From: Trypanosoma brucei
Taxonomy: Eukaryota
DNA length: 64,000 bases
Direction: 5' to 3'
Assembly (NCBI GenBank): GCA_000002445.1
Contig: CP000071.1
Coordinates: 608,001-672,000, forward strand
The notes beneath the pieces are model-generated. The model saw nothing but the letters and a program-made list of their open reading frames with translations, ran no database searches and had not been told where the DNA came from. Shown here piece after piece: positions 1-9,920 of this stretch; positions within the stretch are counted from its first letter, which is position 1, and the number at the start of each line of letters is the position of its first letter. The position numbers and the translations under genes were made by a program.

Positions 1-897
1 ATTAAGTGGTCCCTCCATGGTCACTCTCTTTGGCTCTGCGAAGCGGTTCTTCTCTGCCAAACCAAAAACAGCAACGACCTCGCCCCTTTCAAACGATGAG
101 AAGTACTCATTTAGGGTGGCCATCCAACTCCCAGGGTTCTGCTCACCGTAGGTAATGGTAATGCTGTTGGTAGGGTGGTAGTGCCTCTTATGGAAAGCCA
201 CCAGCTCCTCGTATGTGAGCTTCAGCACCTCCGGCGGATAACCACCAGATATATGTTCGTAATGAGTGTTGGGGAGCATAGTCTTCATGAGTGAGTGGGC
301 GTAGTGCTGGGAGGGCTCCGAGACAACGCCACGCATCTCGTTGAAGACGACCCCATTATACACGAGTCGCCTTTTCGCCGAATCATCTTCCTCCACCTCC
401 ACACGGTGTCCCTCCTGCTTGAAGTCTTCGAGGCGCAACAATGGGTGGAACACCGCGTCCAGGTAAACATCAAGAAGGTTACAAAAATCTCGTGCATTTG
501 TTGTGGCAAAGGGGTACAACGTGTAATCAGCCCCTGTCATCGCATTCATAAAGTTGTTTAAGGATCGCTTTAGCATCATAAAGAAAGGGTCCCTAACGGG
601 ATACTTCTTGCTTCCACAGAGCGTGGTATGCTCCAACACGTGTGAAATGCCTTTATTATCTTTGGCCGGGGTGCGGAAGCCGATGCAGAAGGTGCAATTG
701 CGATCGTTAGTATCGAGGTGATAGTAAAGGGCCCCGGTAGAGTCGTGTTGCCATTCGTAAGCCGTAATATTGAGCTCGTCAAACCTGCGCGTCGACTTAT
801 GCGTGAAACCATGGGCGTTCTTCAACTTCAGGAGAGGGTGCCCACCGCGCGGCATGGCGCTCGCAGCACAAAGCGGAACAGCACAACGTCGAATCAT
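1..897 (-). CDS. Mitochondrial presequence protease (M16C pitrilysin family, PreP/PITRM1-like), N-terminal about 299 codons. The gene continues beyond the window start (3' end missing).
   Basis: Hand translation of the minus strand from ATG (complement of 897-895) gives MIRRCAVPLCAASAMPRGGHPLLKLKNAHGFTHKSTRRFDEL...GISHVLEHTTLCGSKKYPVRDPFFMMLKRSLNNFMNAMTGADYTLYPF...VVFNEMRGV. The inverted zinc motif HxxEH (HVLEH) and surrounding residues closely parallel the PITRM1/PreP N-domain. The frame stays open to position 1, which is why it is absent from the ORF track. The N-terminus is basic, as expected for a mitochondrial presequence. Confidence 0.8.
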   Translation of the reverse strand, partial: MIRRCAVPLCAASAMPRGGHPLLKLKNAHGFTHKSTRRFDELNITAYEWQHDSTGALYYHLDTNDRNCTFCIGFRTPAKDNKGISHVLEHTTLCGSKKYPVRDPFFMMLKRSLNNFMNAMTGADYTLYPFATTNARDFCNLLDVYLDAVFHPLLRLEDFKQEGHRVEVEEDDSAKRRLVYNGVVFNEMRGVVSEPSQHYAHSLMKTMLPNTHYEHISGGYPPEVLKLTYEELVAFHKRHYHPTNSITITYGEQNPGSWMATLNEYFSSFERGEVVAVFGLAEKNRFAEPKRVTMEGPLN

Positions 898-1583
898 GTC
901 GCTAACCTTCTTGACGGTACCACCAATTTCACGTGACTTGTCTACAGTTTTCTTGATCACACTCCTTATTACCCCCTCTTCCTTCTTTGCTCTTGCTCCG
1001 TCACTACACAATATAACGGGAAAAGGATCAACACAACGACGACAGCAAGGGAAGGAGAAACAACATAATCGGACATTATTATTGTGAACACAGAGTCAAA
1101 GCAAGTGGCTCCCCCGCAAGCCTCCTCACAACCGCTAGTGCCCATGCTACCAGCGCTGCATGACATGCGAGAGGGCTGGCACACGAACATGTATCCCTCA
1201 GTTTATTTGTTGCCTACAACAGGAGGGGAGACAATGTGGCGTCCACCCCAAGCGGAGAAGAGCCAATAGGTCATTCATAAAAGTACTAAAAAACAATGGG
1301 AACAACTGCGTGCCAACTTCAGTAGAGAAGCAGGATAATAGGGAGGAAAAGCGTACGATAAGTGGTACAAGAGGAAGACAAAAATGAAGGAAACATTAAC
1401 GTTGTTGGTGGGGACCGTGGAAGACCCCGTTTGAATGAAGCAAGAGAAGATAAGGACCAATCATCCCAGAAAATGACATCAGCATCCACTTGCAAACACT
1501 TGCGGTTGCTCACCTCTCCCTCTTCCCTTTCCCACACTAATTTGTTCCCCTCTCAAATCCCTGTAACACACGCTGTCCTTCTA

Positions 1584-1598
1584 CCCCCCCCCCCCCCC
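1584..1598. repeat. C15 homopolymer (G15 on the transcribed minus strand) in an intergenic region
   Basis: Direct count: run of 15 C at 1584-1598 in 'ctaccccccccccccccccag'. Confidence 0.9.
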
Positions 1599-2149
1599 AG
1601 TGACCTCATGCGAAAAGTCTCGCACCCCGATGCCATCCAACGAAACCTTCTCAGGGGGGCCCGGAAGCAAAAGGAGGTTTAAGTAAGAGTCCGTGGAGTG
1701 CGTTTTGAAAGCACCTTACAGTCGATTGTTTCCTTCCGCAGAAGGTTTTGGCTTTTTATCACACAACTCCACTTCTTCAGGAGCACACAGTCGTGCCTCC
1801 CCACCCACAATTCTCTGGGTTACGTATTCCTTTTTTGACTGTTTATGTCTTATGTTGTTCATTCAGCTCTTGGATTCTTTGACACCTTGTTTTTGCATAG
1901 CATTTCATTTCGTATGAATAAGATTGTTCCGTTTCCTTAGTTTCCCTTTTTTCTTTACAATGTCTGTTGGGAGGGATGTTTCACCCTGATATTTTAGTTT
2001 CTTTCTCCCTTTCTTCCTTTCACCTATTTGATGTTGTTTGACGATTTGAAATTTAGGTCCATCTGCCACTCCGCTCCCGCATTTCTGCTGCCTATCCGTG
2101 TAGTACACCAACCGTACCACATCCAACACCCTTCATCAATTTACCTAGA

Positions 2150-2470
2150 TCTTAAAAAGCATTTTCTTCTTTTTATTTTATGTGGAGGCATCTCCCCGGA
2201 ACACCCTAGACATTTTTCTCTCCACTTTAAGTACAGGCAGAACGCATACGCTGTGTTTCCCTTTTCTTTTTTTTTTTAAACCCCCCGATAGGCCCTTCCT
2301 TTTTGCCCTCCCTTTAGTTTTGTTTGTTCGCTTTTCATTTCGCCTTCATACCCCACCTGCCCGTACTCTCAATCACACTACAAAATTTCCCCCTTTCCGC
2401 CTTCTCCATGCTTTTCTTTTTTTTTTCTCCCTTAAACATTTTTTCCTCGTTCCGGAAGGGTCCATGTTCT
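2150..2470. promoter_or_regulatory. Extended CT-rich low-complexity intergenic tract between two minus-strand genes. On the minus strand this reads as AG-rich, so it may be sequence drift rather than a splice signal.
   Basis: Long runs such as ttttctttttttttttctccc, cttttctttttttttttaaacccccc. No credible ORF: the 2182-2722 plus-strand ORFs are F/L/P low-complexity. Confidence 0.4.
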
Positions 2471-2512
2471 TCAAACACCCACTGCTACCTGGTACTCTCG
2501 TCAACCGTTCAA

Positions 2513-4363
2513 CTAATCCTCCACCTCAATGACGGAGCCTTTCGTACCGGCCGAGTTCACCGCCGCACCGGCGGTTGGGATGTTGGAGATGTACATATCA
2601 TCCACATCCTCGTCTTCGACTCCAAAGTTGACGAAGTACTGACGGTTTTCACGATACTTAAGCACTCCGTAGACCACAAGGCAGGCGACGGCAACCACTG
2701 TACCACATATTGCAAAGATTGAAAGTACGCGACCCCAACCCATCCTAGGGTTAGGGTCGTCACCGAGCGCGAACATATCCCTGCTTCCTTCTGCTGATTC
2801 GATGCCTGCCGCCGCAAGCGCTTCCGAACCCTGCTTTGATGCAGATATGATGTAATTTTGACGCTCTACTGTGTCACATGTGCGGTCTTCACCCAGTTCC
2901 TCACAGAAGATTGATATGAACAGCCGCACACGGCCGTCCTTTCCGTGTGTGACGCGAGACAGGGCCATTGCCGTACGTGGCACGCACAGAGCCTTACTCA
3001 GGGTCTGCAGATAGTTGGACGGTAACGTTTTACTTTTCAGGGTTAGCATAATACTGTTGTACATGCTCCACCTATTCTCCGGAGTGTTGGGTGGTGCCAT
3101 TGGGCAGAGTTCTTTTGTCACAGGGTCAACGGGCTGTCTGTAAGTGATGTTACCGTCGGCATTGGTGATGTCGGCAGCACTGTTGACGATGTCGATACTT
3201 GGCACCTCTACCCACGGCATTCCTGTGCGCTTGAAGCATACCTTATAGGCTCCCCCACGTTTGAGCACCCATGACCATAGCACAGAAGTCGCCTTTGGTC
3301 CAAATCTATCTTCAGGTTCAAGAGCAAGAGTTTCTGGCACGCCACCTGCAGCGGACGCGTCGCAATCCTCGGTATCTGAGACAAATTTTGCCTGGTTCCT
3401 TCGGGGGCGTGTGTCCAAATCGGATCCATAGAACTTGATGGTCGTACGCTTCATAACGTATACTTTTCCGTCAGCATTCTGGCCACCAACTACCTGGTAG
3501 TACGAAGGATTGACCTCAAAGCTGCGGACAACACCAACCTCTGTCACATCTTCCGTGTTTGCCTTGCGGCTACAGATACGATAGGCGCGTGCGGTATCGA
3601 TGAAGACATCTCGGGCGGCGAACGTAGAAGTGTTAGCTCCGGTGAAGTCTTCGTCAAACAGTGGCGGGCTGGAAGGGTGACTCATCAAATAGCTATTGGA
3701 ACCGGTGCTTGTTGAGCATTCTTCTTTTGCGCTGATAAGGAAAAACTCCTCGCGTTCTGAGACACCCCCTTTCGTACTGTCTGAGCTTCGGAAGATGAAG
3801 CGAGTCGGAACACTGTTCTTTGCGTGAACAATTCGCGGTTGAACACCAACCAGTACAGGAACGTCACTAACCGCTGCCACCTTAGCGTCATGTGTAAACC
3901 TGAAGGAGACGCGCGCCTCCAGACCACACTCATGGTTAGCCGCCGTATTAGCGAACACCAACGAAAGGTCTGACTTATGCGCAAGTCGAATTGCCACATC
4001 GGAGAGCGATCCACCTGCCATATCCTTCACATCGTATTCCTCCGTAACCTGCTCTCCAGACTTACTGTCCTTGTACGTGGCACGTACAAACAGGCGGAAC
4101 GAGAATTCCGTCTGGTGGTCAATTTGGCACGGCCCGGGGCCCATGTCTTTTGCGTTAGTGGTATCAACCGGTTTCACTTCGTACGCAAGACAGTGAATCG
4201 TTAGATTCCGCCCAGGTTTGTCAAACCTTTGCACCACCCACTCTTTGCCTGGAAGCCCACCCCCTGTGTATTCATTTTCCGAGCAAGTAGGAAACAGACT
4301 CAGCGCCCGCACAGAGGCGTGCGACAGTTGGAGAAGTAGAGCAACAAAGAAAGAACGCCGCAT
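2513..4363 (-). CDS. Hypothetical type I membrane protein (616 aa): N-terminal signal peptide, large ectodomain, single C-terminal TM helix and an acidic cytoplasmic tail
   Basis: ORF track. The N-terminus MRRSFFVALLLQLSHASV is hydrophobic (signal-like). The C-terminal VLSIFAICGTVVAVACLVVYGVL is followed by KYRENRQYFVNFGVEDEDVDDMY. Same strand as its neighbours. Confidence 0.6.
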   Translation of the reverse strand: MRRSFFVALLLQLSHASVRALSLFPTCSENEYTGGGLPGKEWVVQRFDKPGRNLTIHCLAYEVKPVDTTNAKDMGPGPCQIDHQTEFSFRLFVRATYKDSKSGEQVTEEYDVKDMAGGSLSDVAIRLAHKSDLSLVFANTAANHECGLEARVSFRFTHDAKVAAVSDVPVLVGVQPRIVHAKNSVPTRFIFRSSDSTKGGVSEREEFFLISAKEECSTSTGSNSYLMSHPSSPPLFDEDFTGANTSTFAARDVFIDTARAYRICSRKANTEDVTEVGVVRSFEVNPSYYQVVGGQNADGKVYVMKRTTIKFYGSDLDTRPRRNQAKFVSDTEDCDASAAGGVPETLALEPEDRFGPKATSVLWSWVLKRGGAYKVCFKRTGMPWVEVPSIDIVNSAADITNADGNITYRQPVDPVTKELCPMAPPNTPENRWSMYNSIMLTLKSKTLPSNYLQTLSKALCVPRTAMALSRVTHGKDGRVRLFISIFCEELGEDRTCDTVERQNYIISASKQGSEALAAAGIESAEGSRDMFALGDDPNPRMGWGRVLSIFAICGTVVAVACLVVYGVLKYRENRQYFVNFGVEDEDVDDMYISNIPTAGAAVNSAGTKGSVIEVED

Positions 4364-4940
4364 CTCCCACCTTTTCTCTCACCTTCACGTTGTCTGTCAC
4401 AATTCTTAACTGTCTTTCCACCCACACAATTTCCTTTCTTGTTTCGTTTCCTAATGTTTGATACTTGCACCGTCGAATCCTTCTCCCCACTCTTCCGGTT
4501 TTTGTCGGTTACTCTGCGTTGTGCTTCGCTCACACACACGTTCTTGGAGGCACGACCGTGTTTGCATGGTCAATATAGCACGAAGAGCAAGAAAAAGAAC
4601 AAAGATGAGGGTGCAGAAGAGTCCACGGGTATGGAGGGCCGGAAAAGGGGAAATATGGTACAAATCAAAATGTGACACTTTATTTACTCACAAAGCGTGT
4701 GTGAAGAACGGACTTGCTTGTGTGTAAAAGCAAGCATGTGGTCACACACACACATACCACAAAACTCCTCGCGCCGACTCGTTCGAGGGAAGGGGCTTAA
4801 AGATTGCGTGGTGGGGGCGCTTTTCAGGCAGCACTGATGAGAGCAACCCAATGGGAAGCAACGATCTCGAAATGCAGGAAACTAGTCGCCTAATCCCCTC
4901 CCCTGTCAGCATGCTTTGTGATTACGTCCACCCCTTTTTC

Positions 4941-5570
4941 TCACTTCTTTCCACCCCCATCCTTACCCTTTTCTCCCGCACCGCCGGACCGCCTTGACGA
5001 TCCACGCTCCTTTTGAAACAAATCCACAGCCTTCATGTTCACTTGGCGCATGCGGAACATAACTTTCGCCATCCTTCGTTTCACCTGATTGTCAAGTATC
5101 TGCTGCTGCCACGGCGATTCAAACGCCTCCTTGCTCTCTTTGTCGAACAACTCCTCCGTGTACCAGTGCTGTGCGGCTATTTTATTTTCATAAATGCCTG
5201 GGTATGTCCACTCCGGGCCAATAACCGGGTCTTTTTGGTCCTTGAAAATAGCTATGGGGAGCGACATACCCTCTTTCCCGTACGTATACACATTCAAGGG
5301 CACTTCCTTGACCTCTACAAGTTTACGGTGCTCCATGCGTCCATGGTGCGCCTGCTTGAAGCGGCGCCGCTCCCTCTCCAACTCCCGTTCAGTGGGGGCC
5401 GCATCGTATGGCAAATAGACCTGTTTATAGTCTGGCGTATCCGCCGGCTTGCCGGTACGTTTCAGGAGGAAAGGAGTTGCCCTCACCAACTTGAACGCGT
5501 TTATTTGCAGCATATCAATCCAACCATGAAGACGGTTGAGTTGCTGCAGCGGTGGCAAAGGAAGAAACAA
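4941..5570 (-). CDS. Hypothetical conserved basic protein (209 aa), possibly mitochondrial. The true start may be an internal Met (MLQINAFKL...).
   Basis: ORF track. Lys/Arg-rich, no low complexity. The antisense ORF 5013-5609 was judged spurious. Co-oriented with the minus-strand unit. Confidence 0.45.
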   Translation of the reverse strand: MFLPLPPLQQLNRLHGWIDMLQINAFKLVRATPFLLKRTGKPADTPDYKQVYLPYDAAPTERELERERRRFKQAHHGRMEHRKLVEVKEVPLNVYTYGKEGMSLPIAIFKDQKDPVIGPEWTYPGIYENKIAAQHWYTEELFDKESKEAFESPWQQQILDNQVKRRMAKVMFRMRQVNMKAVDLFQKERGSSRRSGGAGEKGKDGGGKK

Positions 5571-6629
5571 ACAAGTGGAATAAAATTAAACGCGCGAAGG
5601 TGGGGATAACACAAGTACAACTGAAACAGACAATGAAAAACTGATCATTCATCCTTCCTCACATCTCTGTTCAAACCAAGCCCATGTTTTTCACCGTTAC
5701 TGCTGTTTCCCCGCTGTATCTTTTGTTGCGAACCGAAACAGTACAACAAGGCGCCGTATCGAAAACTTCAACAAACAACAACACACGAGTGCGCAACGAA
5801 GTCCCCTAAATCCTAACACCCTTCACCTTTGCAGTCCCCCCCCCGGTGCATTAAATTTATCTATACCCGGAAACTACAAAATGAGGAAACGCCCTCTTCA
5901 ACATCTCAAGCACGTTTTAATGCCCCTTCAGTTCTCTCAACATTTCTTCCTTATTCCCGCAAATTTACGGAACTGCGCCACTTGTTCGCAGCAACAAGTT
6001 CCCCCAACCCTTCATTACGACCAAGGCTCCACCCACCCCGGCCACACAGGTACTTTCATATACATGCCTCCATCTAATTTTCCTTGCTATAGTCTCTTGC
6101 TTATAATCACTACTTTCCTCTCTCCAACTTCCGCCCCCTGAGCACTCACCCGCTTCCTTTCGTTGCCACCGGCCACCCCAAGTATATGCACGGTGTGCAT
6201 ATATTAGCACAGCCTGTTCCTATTTGTTTTGGTGCAGTGCATATAAATGAACATACTGCTACGATTGTAGTAATGTTTGCTGTTGTCAATTTAACCCAGC
6301 GAGAAGCTCCCTAAAAGAAATAACGAACGGATGGGAATATTTAAAAGGAAAAGAATTACATTGTGATATCTATCTTCGTCCGCTACCTGGTCAAAGACTA
6401 ACTGATAAAAAATTAGGTTAAGTAAACGTTCCCACAATCAAACGAATAGCAAAACATTCCTTTTGTTGTGTTAAGACGAACCCACGGACGAAAGAGAAAG
6501 CGGCCAGATCAGCCGGGAAAAAATAAGATTAGAAAGGGGGAGGAATAATTTCCATCGGGTGACATTTTGCCCGAATACCTATCCTCTCCCCTCTCGCTCC
6601 ACATCATACAGGCTCCATACGATACACCA

Positions 6630-7406
6630 TTACCATGTCTTCTTCCAGTAGCGGAAGGTTGTCCGTCCGTAAATGCGCCAGTTTGTGTTCTTCTGGCAGT
6701 AATGTAGCAGAATGCAGTTCACCAGACCCAGTGTAGTGAAACACTTCCAAAACATAACGCGACGGTCGTCGTACTCCGACTCAGCAGACCACCGAAGGAA
6801 GTTGACGACGTCCTTCGCCATTTGACTTATCGTTGCGGGCGTGCCATCCTCATAATCCACCATCCCGTCAGAGAGCGGGGGCGGCATAGAGAGGACGCAG
6901 TCCTTAAAGTACGGGTTCCAGAACTGGCCAGGTTTCAACTCAGGCGCAAAAGGGGGGATTTCCATCAACTCACCGTTGCCCCAGTTGTAGCCTGTGATGA
7001 GAGAAAAGATGTAATCCGGACCCCCCTCCTTGCCAAACACCGAATGTTGAAGATCCGGCGGCTCAGAGCCATTGTTGGCAAACTGCGCCGCGCGCTGGTT
7101 CGGAAACGGAATGGGAAGCGTGTCTGTCGGTTTGCCAGGTCGTGGGTTCAACATTCCCTGTGCATCCGGAGCTGAATCAACCACTTCATACTGCGAGGCC
7201 AACTGTTTGATCTCTTCACGTGTCATGAAGCCTTGAAAGTGCGTGAAAGTCATGCGACCCAGGGGGTGACACGGTGCGAACACTTCAGTGTATATTTGGC
7301 GGCCACGTCGTACGGAGGGCCAATCCAAGCTGTGCCAGATCTCAAAGCGATCGTTGTGATTCCAGTACCAATCCCTTTTGATGGGGTGAGCTTTCTTACC
7401 TGCCAT
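6630..7406 (-). CDS. Cytochrome c1 (ubiquinol-cytochrome c reductase subunit), kinetoplastid type with a single-cysteine heme-binding motif
   Basis: Within ORF 6630-7559, an internal Met 51 codons in (complement of 7406-7404) gives MAGKKAHPIKRDWYWNHNDRFEIWHSLDWPSVRRGRQIYTEVFAPCHPLGRMTF..., about 258 aa. The FAPCH motif (AxxCH instead of CxxCH) is the kinetoplastid cytochrome c/c1 hallmark. The C-terminal TM anchor TLGLVNCILLHY is present. Confidence 0.85.
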   Translation of the reverse strand: MAGKKAHPIKRDWYWNHNDRFEIWHSLDWPSVRRGRQIYTEVFAPCHPLGRMTFTHFQGFMTREEIKQLASQYEVVDSAPDAQGMLNPRPGKPTDTLPIPFPNQRAAQFANNGSEPPDLQHSVFGKEGGPDYIFSLITGYNWGNGELMEIPPFAPELKPGQFWNPYFKDCVLSMPPPLSDGMVDYEDGTPATISQMAKDVVNFLRWSAESEYDDRRVMFWKCFTTLGLVNCILLHYCQKNTNWRIYGRTTFRYWKKTW

Positions 7407-8278
7407 GTTTGTTATGTTCTGCAGACTACAGAAAAGAGGGTAAAAGTGTTGTCTCATTTTCCGCGGTAGATGACGAAAAACGACAGAAACCATGGATTGA
7501 ACCAATGGGTAAAGAACGCGAGCACCAAACTCATGCATATAAACTTCAATTACAAGCAACGAAATCTACGAGAGGCGTCGACGAGATAGGTGAAAGAGTT
7601 TTAAAAAAAAAAAACGTTTTAAATCGAGCGTCGTCAGTGGACTACGGTTGCGATAGCTCATACAACGACCACTACAGCCGTTGCCGATGTTCCAGTTGCG
7701 GTAAACAAGTGCACAACTCAAAAAATATGCCTCGATGGTCTACACGCCACTAAGCAGTGTGAATGCCAGCAGGTACGCACCTTGACGTTGGCATTGTGCC
7801 CGTGGATTGGGGGCACACGTTAGAACACCATTCTCAGAGTTCTTGTGCTCCCGCGTGTCCTCTTTCTAGTGTAATGCTCACGATGGTGGCACTTACCGCA
7901 GAGTTGCATCGTCCACAAACATCGCTCCTACTCAATTTACCATTTGGCATTTTTGTATACCCCGCCCACTGCGTACTCAGCGGGAGGGCCCACTTTGAAA
8001 GAAGAGCAAAAGGCTCTAAGCCAATCAAGCCCACAATTATGAAGGCGCCACCTTTCGAGCTTCAAATTTAATCCACGCGCAAGTTTGTACCTGCGCGCTT
8101 GCATATAAACAATCTATGGTATAGCGTGGAGGGACACTAAACACCTTTTAGCCACTTTGTTTCTTTTCCCACCTACTACACTGTTTCTATTCTATCAAAA
8201 ACCTAGAGGTTGCTGTCCTCGCTCCCTCGGGTTGCCCAGTGTACGGGCACAAGCGCAATACGTGCTCACTTCCTACCG

Positions 8279-9481
8279 CTACTTTTTAATCCCTGGAGCA
8301 CAAGGCTCCATTTCGTCACGCGTTAAGCGCGACGGCGATGGTGGGACAACAGTTCCATCAGAACATACCCTTTTCCGTACCGGGCTCTCTGTCGCCAACA
8401 CCTCTGTGTCGCTATCGTCCCCCGCCGAGGACTGCGTATCTGGCGTCACCGGCAAGTTGTTTTCCTCAGTCCCAGCTATTTCCCTGCCCCCGCATCCCAC
8501 TGTTGCTCGCGGTGCAGCCCCTGGTTTCCACTTCCTTAGCATATATGCGGGCAAGCTGCGGGTGGGGTGCATGGGTAAAGGATTTTTGATGTTCGCTGGA
8601 ATGGTTGCGGCTTTCGCCCCGAACATCTCATGCTTCGCGGCCCCACGGAGTGTGCTTCTTCCGCTGCGCAAGGATTTGGGAGCTGACCGAGCGACACAGA
8701 CACTAGAGCCGTCAACCGAAGCTCCAACATTCACAGTGTCGACTGTTGAGGAAACAACAGCTCCCGGAGCTGCGGAACTTTCACACGTTAGCGCTGCGAT
8801 GTCGCTGGTGGCGTTGCTTTTTGTGGAGCGGGACACCCCTGTGTCAGTCAGTGCGGAGGCGGGGTAAGCGGGAAGAGGCAGCTCAACGTCCACTCGACAA
8901 TTATGGAGAAAATCGCAGCCAAAATTGGTCCTCAGATCACTGAGTACCGTGGCTACCTGTGCAGGCACTGTACCGTGAGAGGTGGTTTGCACTCCATACT
9001 TCTGTGAGAAGAGACCCCATGGGGTCTTCAATAAAACGTCTCTCAAAGTTATGGGACTAATAGGAAGCTTCAGGAAGAACCGAGGCAATAGAAATACCTC
9101 GAGCTGCTCGGCATCTTCTTTAATCTCCCTTAACCTGTCACAACACAAGGACATTTCTTCCGGGTCACCCATTCCCCAGAGCAAAACCCGTGTCAGACGT
9201 GCGAGCAACTCCACTACTACGACACCTATAGACAACCGCATCGCGGCAGAACGCTTCCTTTTACCCAAGTTGCCCCCAATCCACTCAACAGCATTATTGC
9301 ACAGTGACAATAAATCGGAAGGTTTCAATGACTCTCCGCCGCCTTCGTTCGCACCGAACACACTTCGATGAATATCCCCCAGGATACTTTCCAACGTTTG
9401 TTCATCACGCGAGGTGCACCGAGATAGGGCAGAAACGCACTTCATAAGGTCCTCTTCGTGCATTCTATGACTACCAACCAC
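8279..9481 (-). CDS. Hypothetical protein (400 aa) with a Ser/Thr/Ala-rich low-complexity central region
   Basis: ORF track. Co-oriented with the minus unit. The overlapping plus-strand ORF 8157-8867 was judged spurious (antisense). Confidence 0.45.
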   Translation of the reverse strand: MVGSHRMHEEDLMKCVSALSRCTSRDEQTLESILGDIHRSVFGANEGGGESLKPSDLLSLCNNAVEWIGGNLGKRKRSAAMRLSIGVVVVELLARLTRVLLWGMGDPEEMSLCCDRLREIKEDAEQLEVFLLPRFFLKLPISPITLRDVLLKTPWGLFSQKYGVQTTSHGTVPAQVATVLSDLRTNFGCDFLHNCRVDVELPLPAYPASALTDTGVSRSTKSNATSDIAALTCESSAAPGAVVSSTVDTVNVGASVDGSSVCVARSAPKSLRSGRSTLRGAAKHEMFGAKAATIPANIKNPLPMHPTRSLPAYMLRKWKPGAAPRATVGCGGREIAGTEENNLPVTPDTQSSAGDDSDTEVLATESPVRKRVCSDGTVVPPSPSRLTRDEMEPCAPGIKK

Positions 9482-9920
9482 AGGTACTGTAAAAAAAAAA
9501 AAAGTGATAAAGCTAATAATACGAGAATAGGAAGGTAAAAAGAACGATCAGCGAGAGTTCGTGCACCTCTATGACCAGGGAGGGGGGAGGGGAGGGGAAA
9601 GCACCCTTGAGCACGAATCTAAACTGGTACCACCGAAGCGCAAATCACTTACATATTTCTTCCGCAGCGCGAACCTTCTGTTCGATAAGGGCGGCCGCCA
9701 ACAAGTCAATATGTGGAAAAAAAAAAAACAAAGGAACCGCGCCCAACAAATAAATAAATAATAATAATAGCACACCATTTGGTGTTCATCTTCCATTTTC
9801 CCCATTGGAATACCGAGGATGAACGGATACGCATGAGCCCGTCTATCAAACCATGCACCACCACAGTGAAGGGTAGCGCACGCGGCCACCCTGCCGACAA
9901 AACACATCGATCTGTGTCTC

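Noticed and set aside
2182-2722. Plus-strand ORFs of 116 and 132 aa in a CT-rich tract
   Set aside because: They are translations of a polypyrimidine-rich intergenic region (poly-Phe/Leu/Pro) in a minus-strand block.
5013-5609. 198-aa plus-strand ORF
   Set aside because: It is antisense to the 4941-5570 minus-strand ORF and sits in a minus-strand polycistronic block. The sequence is Leu/Arg-rich with no motifs.
8157-8867. 236-aa plus-strand ORF overlapping the 8279-9481 minus-strand gene
   Set aside because: It is antisense to a longer ORF in a block where every gene is minus-strand. The composition is low-complexity Ala/Ser/Pro-rich, as typical of reverse-frame translation.
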